Shown: positions 61,801-64,000 of the stretch, one piece after another
How the letters are laid out: every line of letters starts with the position of its first letter
Position numbering within the stretch: the stretch's first letter is position 1
NCBI RefSeq assembly: GCF_964204865.1
Contig: NC_135251.1
Coordinates: forward strand, 10,416,001 to 10,480,000
Direction of reading: 5' to 3'
DNA: 64,000 nucleotides
Source of the DNA: Styela clava
Taxonomy: Eukaryota
Notes under the pieces: generated by a model
Seen by the model: only the letters and a program-made list of their open reading frames with translations
Database searches by the model: none
Told to the model about the DNA's origin: nothing
Position numbers and translations under genes: made by a program

Positions 61801-63306
61801 ACAGAATTAGTTACCTCCATATTGGTAAACATACTTCTGGAGCGCCCAAACAACATTTAGGAATTGTCATTACCTATTCTCATTTGCATTTTATTTCCAC
61901 TATCTTCAATTCTGTTCAAAACTTCAATCATATCAAGTCCCATTTCCACACAACAGTGGGCGTGATCTGGGCGTGGTTCAGGAATTCCGGACACGCAGTA
62001 ATAACAGTCTCCGAGTATCTTAATCCGTAGGCAGTTGTGCTTCTGCGCTAACCTGAATTTAGAATAATGAAAATAAGCAATTTCAAATGACCTTAATAAG
62101 CAGTTTCGTTTATTCAGATTTCTTTAAAACACTCATTGTTGTTGGTCTGGGCTTAAAAATCGCCCAAAAAACTTAATATAATTTAGTATGTAAACAAAAA
62201 AGAAAACCCGAAAAAGAGAGTGAAAAAAGAATTCGCAACACCAAGTTAATAATTTTGTAACCGTTGCCAAATAAAATATCAAATTTGTAAACAGGAGTGT
62301 GATGTAATATAAAACATTTATTAAATAAAAGATCTCGCCAAGTCGGATTCATTGCAGGATAACACTAGTATTGTGCCGCCGATCGTGATTTGGCGGTTGT
62401 TTTATAATTTTTTTCTAATTGCGAAGGGAAATATAATGCTACCTTATTCGATTATGTGATACAGCTGATCATTTAAAATCAGTTTTTTTGCAACGAAAGA
62501 AAATGACATATCAAAATCAATTGCATTATCTACCTAATCCAATATACCCTGAGTCAGGTGGCAATGAGAACTGAAACGGACTGGATTGCGAACACAGTCA
62601 AGTATAATGGTTGAACCACTAGCTAGGGCAGGCCATGAAAAATCAAAATATAATCACAAACCTGTCGAATCTGGCGAACATTTCATTCAAGGTTGCAACT
62701 AATCTTTGAGGCGGAAGAATAGTCGACATTTCAGTGAAACCTTTCACATCGGCATACAGGATACTGTGTAAGAATGAAAACAAAATTGAACAAGTAATTT
62801 TAGTTCTTTTTCACATCGAAACTATTTGTGTGTAGTGAAAAATAATGCAGATATAGCTGTTACTATGCCATGGCTTGACCTCCTGCTAATGCAATTAGGT
62901 TTAAACACAGCAGAGTTGCCTTACTTCCATTCTCTTGTTCAACCCTTGGGAAATTTGGAATGCACCCCAGGACAATCCCCAATTGATCAGCCATATTCAC
63001 ATTACCAACAAAATATCAAATAAAAAAATATTATCTGAAGAAACTTAATCATAAAGTGTAAATTAAAGTTGCTATAATAGGCGAGATGAATCCCCCTTGA
63101 GTAACAATACAACTTCTATAGATAGTTCATATTTACCTGACATTGTCATATTTTTTGATATAAATTTTGTTGATTTGGTCAGAGTGAACACGCGACGTCG
63201 TCCTCATGATAGGAGATCCGGGTAGTTTTGCGTTGTCGACTTCGGAGATATCGTTGATCATCTGCAGGGCTATGAAGCGAGGTATCACGGACAATATCAA
63301 TCGTTC
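46896..63306 (-). CDS. ADCY8: Transmembrane adenylyl cyclase, type 8-like (C1a, C1b, second TM cluster, C2); 5' exons lie beyond the right edge
   Basis: Exons 63137-63306, 62662-62763, 61874-62052, 60394-60560, 59102-59383, 58346-58517, 58027-58071, 57604-57691, 55793-56096, 55317-55476, 54546-54687, 53610-53736, 52721-52795, 52250-52381, 51465-51652, 51054-51180, 50517-50633, 49834-49971, 48389-48716, 47722-47846, 46896-47252. Catalytic motifs [63 protein letters not shown]8-like signatures [35 protein letters not shown]. Confidence 0.9.
49133..49413. mobile_element. hAT-type MITE (CAGTG termini), TSD AGCATGAG
   Basis: TSD at 49125-49132 and 49414-49421. Confidence 0.8.
49574..49787. mobile_element. 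~210-bp GG-terminal MITE (family B), 8-bp TSD CTGACTAG; further copies or fragments at ~1341-1540, 4805-5008, 14237-14455, 22900-23012, 23920-24103, 26700-26821, 46283-46535, 51226-51430, 58799-58987, 61795-61848
   Basis: Termini related to family A (GG..CTCC.GAAGTATG.GTACCA); shared GGTTAGGGTTAGGCCATAATTTT…TTTTAGTTCTATTACGAGTTCG module; TSD at 49566-49573 and 49788-49795. Confidence 0.88.
54369..54488. repeat. Diverged ~55-bp tandem duplication
   Basis: CGCACC.ATTTTGC.C.TA…GGGTTA..TTAGTTT.G occurs twice. Confidence 0.55.
56375..56685 (-). mobile_element. tRNA-type SINE with (CCTAT)n-like tail; other copies at ~785-885(+), 20590-20780(-), 40330-40497(+), 41290-41510(+), 45203-45310(-), 52895-53150(+), 63470-63560(-)
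   Basis: Shared core GAGGATTGCTGGACT…GTGGTTCACG.AACCGC…CCATCAAGTCCATGCATCTGAAA and 3' end GGATAA.TATGTAAATCCTATCCTAT. B-box-like GATTCGAATCCCA at ~52957 in one copy. Confidence 0.7.
57341..57572. repeat. Degenerate 9-bp minisatellite (GTGGCACAA/GTGGTACAT-like) in an ADCY8-like intron
   Basis: About two dozen imperfect 9-nt units. Confidence 0.8.
58089..58309. repeat. Pair of diverged ~60-bp direct repeats
   Basis: ACACGAG..GCATATGGTAC.ACT.TAAGCG…CGCGACA.TACTAA at ~58089 and ~58249. Confidence 0.65.
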
Positions 63307-63360
63307 CTGCCGATGTAAGGAATGCATATTAATAGGATAGAATTCCAATTATATACAAAG

Positions 63361-63450
63361 CAGGGTGTCCATAAAGTCCCTTTACAATTTTAATATTGTT
63401 ATGAAGTCAGTTCTCAATATATCTTAACTAGGTTTGTTGCTTTTCAATCA
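63361..63450. mobile_element. End fragment of another CAGGGTG-terminal Tc1/mariner-type element; inverted related fragment at ~28510-28584
   Basis: CAGGGTGTCCATAAAGTCCCTTTACAAT at 63361 matches the reverse complement of ATTGTAAAGAGATCTTATGGACACCCTG ending at 28584. Confidence 0.6.
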
Positions 63451-64000
63451 GTATTTTTTTTAGTAATTTTTTCCGCCGGTTACCAGTCCATGTCGGGTAT
63501 GTGATTAGTTGGCTATAGTTATTTTGTTAGATGCATGGGATTGATGGTAATGGAAGCCATAATAATAGCAACTTTTTCTATACTAGACTTGAGCAAGGCC
63601 AAACAAACTTCGAAATTTTATTAAAATGAACTTTTTAGACTGGAAGACCCAACGATATAAGATACCATCATTTACATACGAAGATTGCGCCTGGATATGA
63701 AATAAAACTACCAGAATAGGTATTTTATATTTTCCTTTATTGATTTGTGTTGGATCAACATACTAAAATCAAAAATGGCATCTATATTTTAGTTAATGGA
63801 TTTAGGACCGCACAGGAGCGATTCCTAAATCCCACAGGACGCAAAAACGGTTTTAATAAATGTTGAAAAATGTTTAGTATTTCTCTTGCATATAGGCTGG
63901 ACAAGCAGGTTTATTTACGTGTCGTACAGGGTGAAAAAACTACAGGGTGAGAAGAAATTATTCACCAATAATTGACATAATTCTGATTCGTGTTTCGTGA

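Noticed and set aside
1-64000. CRISPR arrays, rRNA genes, prokaryotic operons
   Set aside because: The sequence is a spliced eukaryotic locus; no regular repeat-spacer array or rRNA-like sequence was seen.

Overview
Eukaryotic, AT-rich, intron-containing animal DNA; gene content and repeat style suggest an invertebrate chordate such as an ascidian (inference). Four spliced protein-coding genes can be reconstructed exon by exon. (1) An EFCAB6-like multi-EF-hand gene on the minus strand (ATG 14809, runs off the left edge). (2) LIPT2/LipB octanoyltransferase (minus, 21985-25030). (3) CPSF3/CPSF73 (plus, 25505-42530, 16 exons), head-to-head with LIPT2. (4) The 3' part of an ADCY8-like adenylyl cyclase (minus, 46896 to >63306). 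Introns and intergenic DNA are rich in transposons: a DD41D Tc1/mariner element, many hAT-type MITEs, GG-terminal MITEs with 8-bp TSDs carrying TTAGGG and YY1-like motifs, Helentron-like elements, a tRNA-type SINE and a ~1.3-kb foldback. The most notable structure is a triple nest in CPSF3 intron 13. There, an uninterrupted 1157-aa L1/Tx1-type endonuclease-RT ORF, with no ORF1 and no poly(A) at its apparent 3' end, is bounded by a 16-bp direct repeat. It sits inside a young non-autonomous hAT-type element with perfect TIRs and TSD, which itself sits inside another hAT-type MITE. Also notable is a candidate alternative terminal exon of the EF-hand gene that completes an EF-hand and ends in a CaaX-like CCIYQ motif. 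All coordinates were read by eye; no database searches were run.
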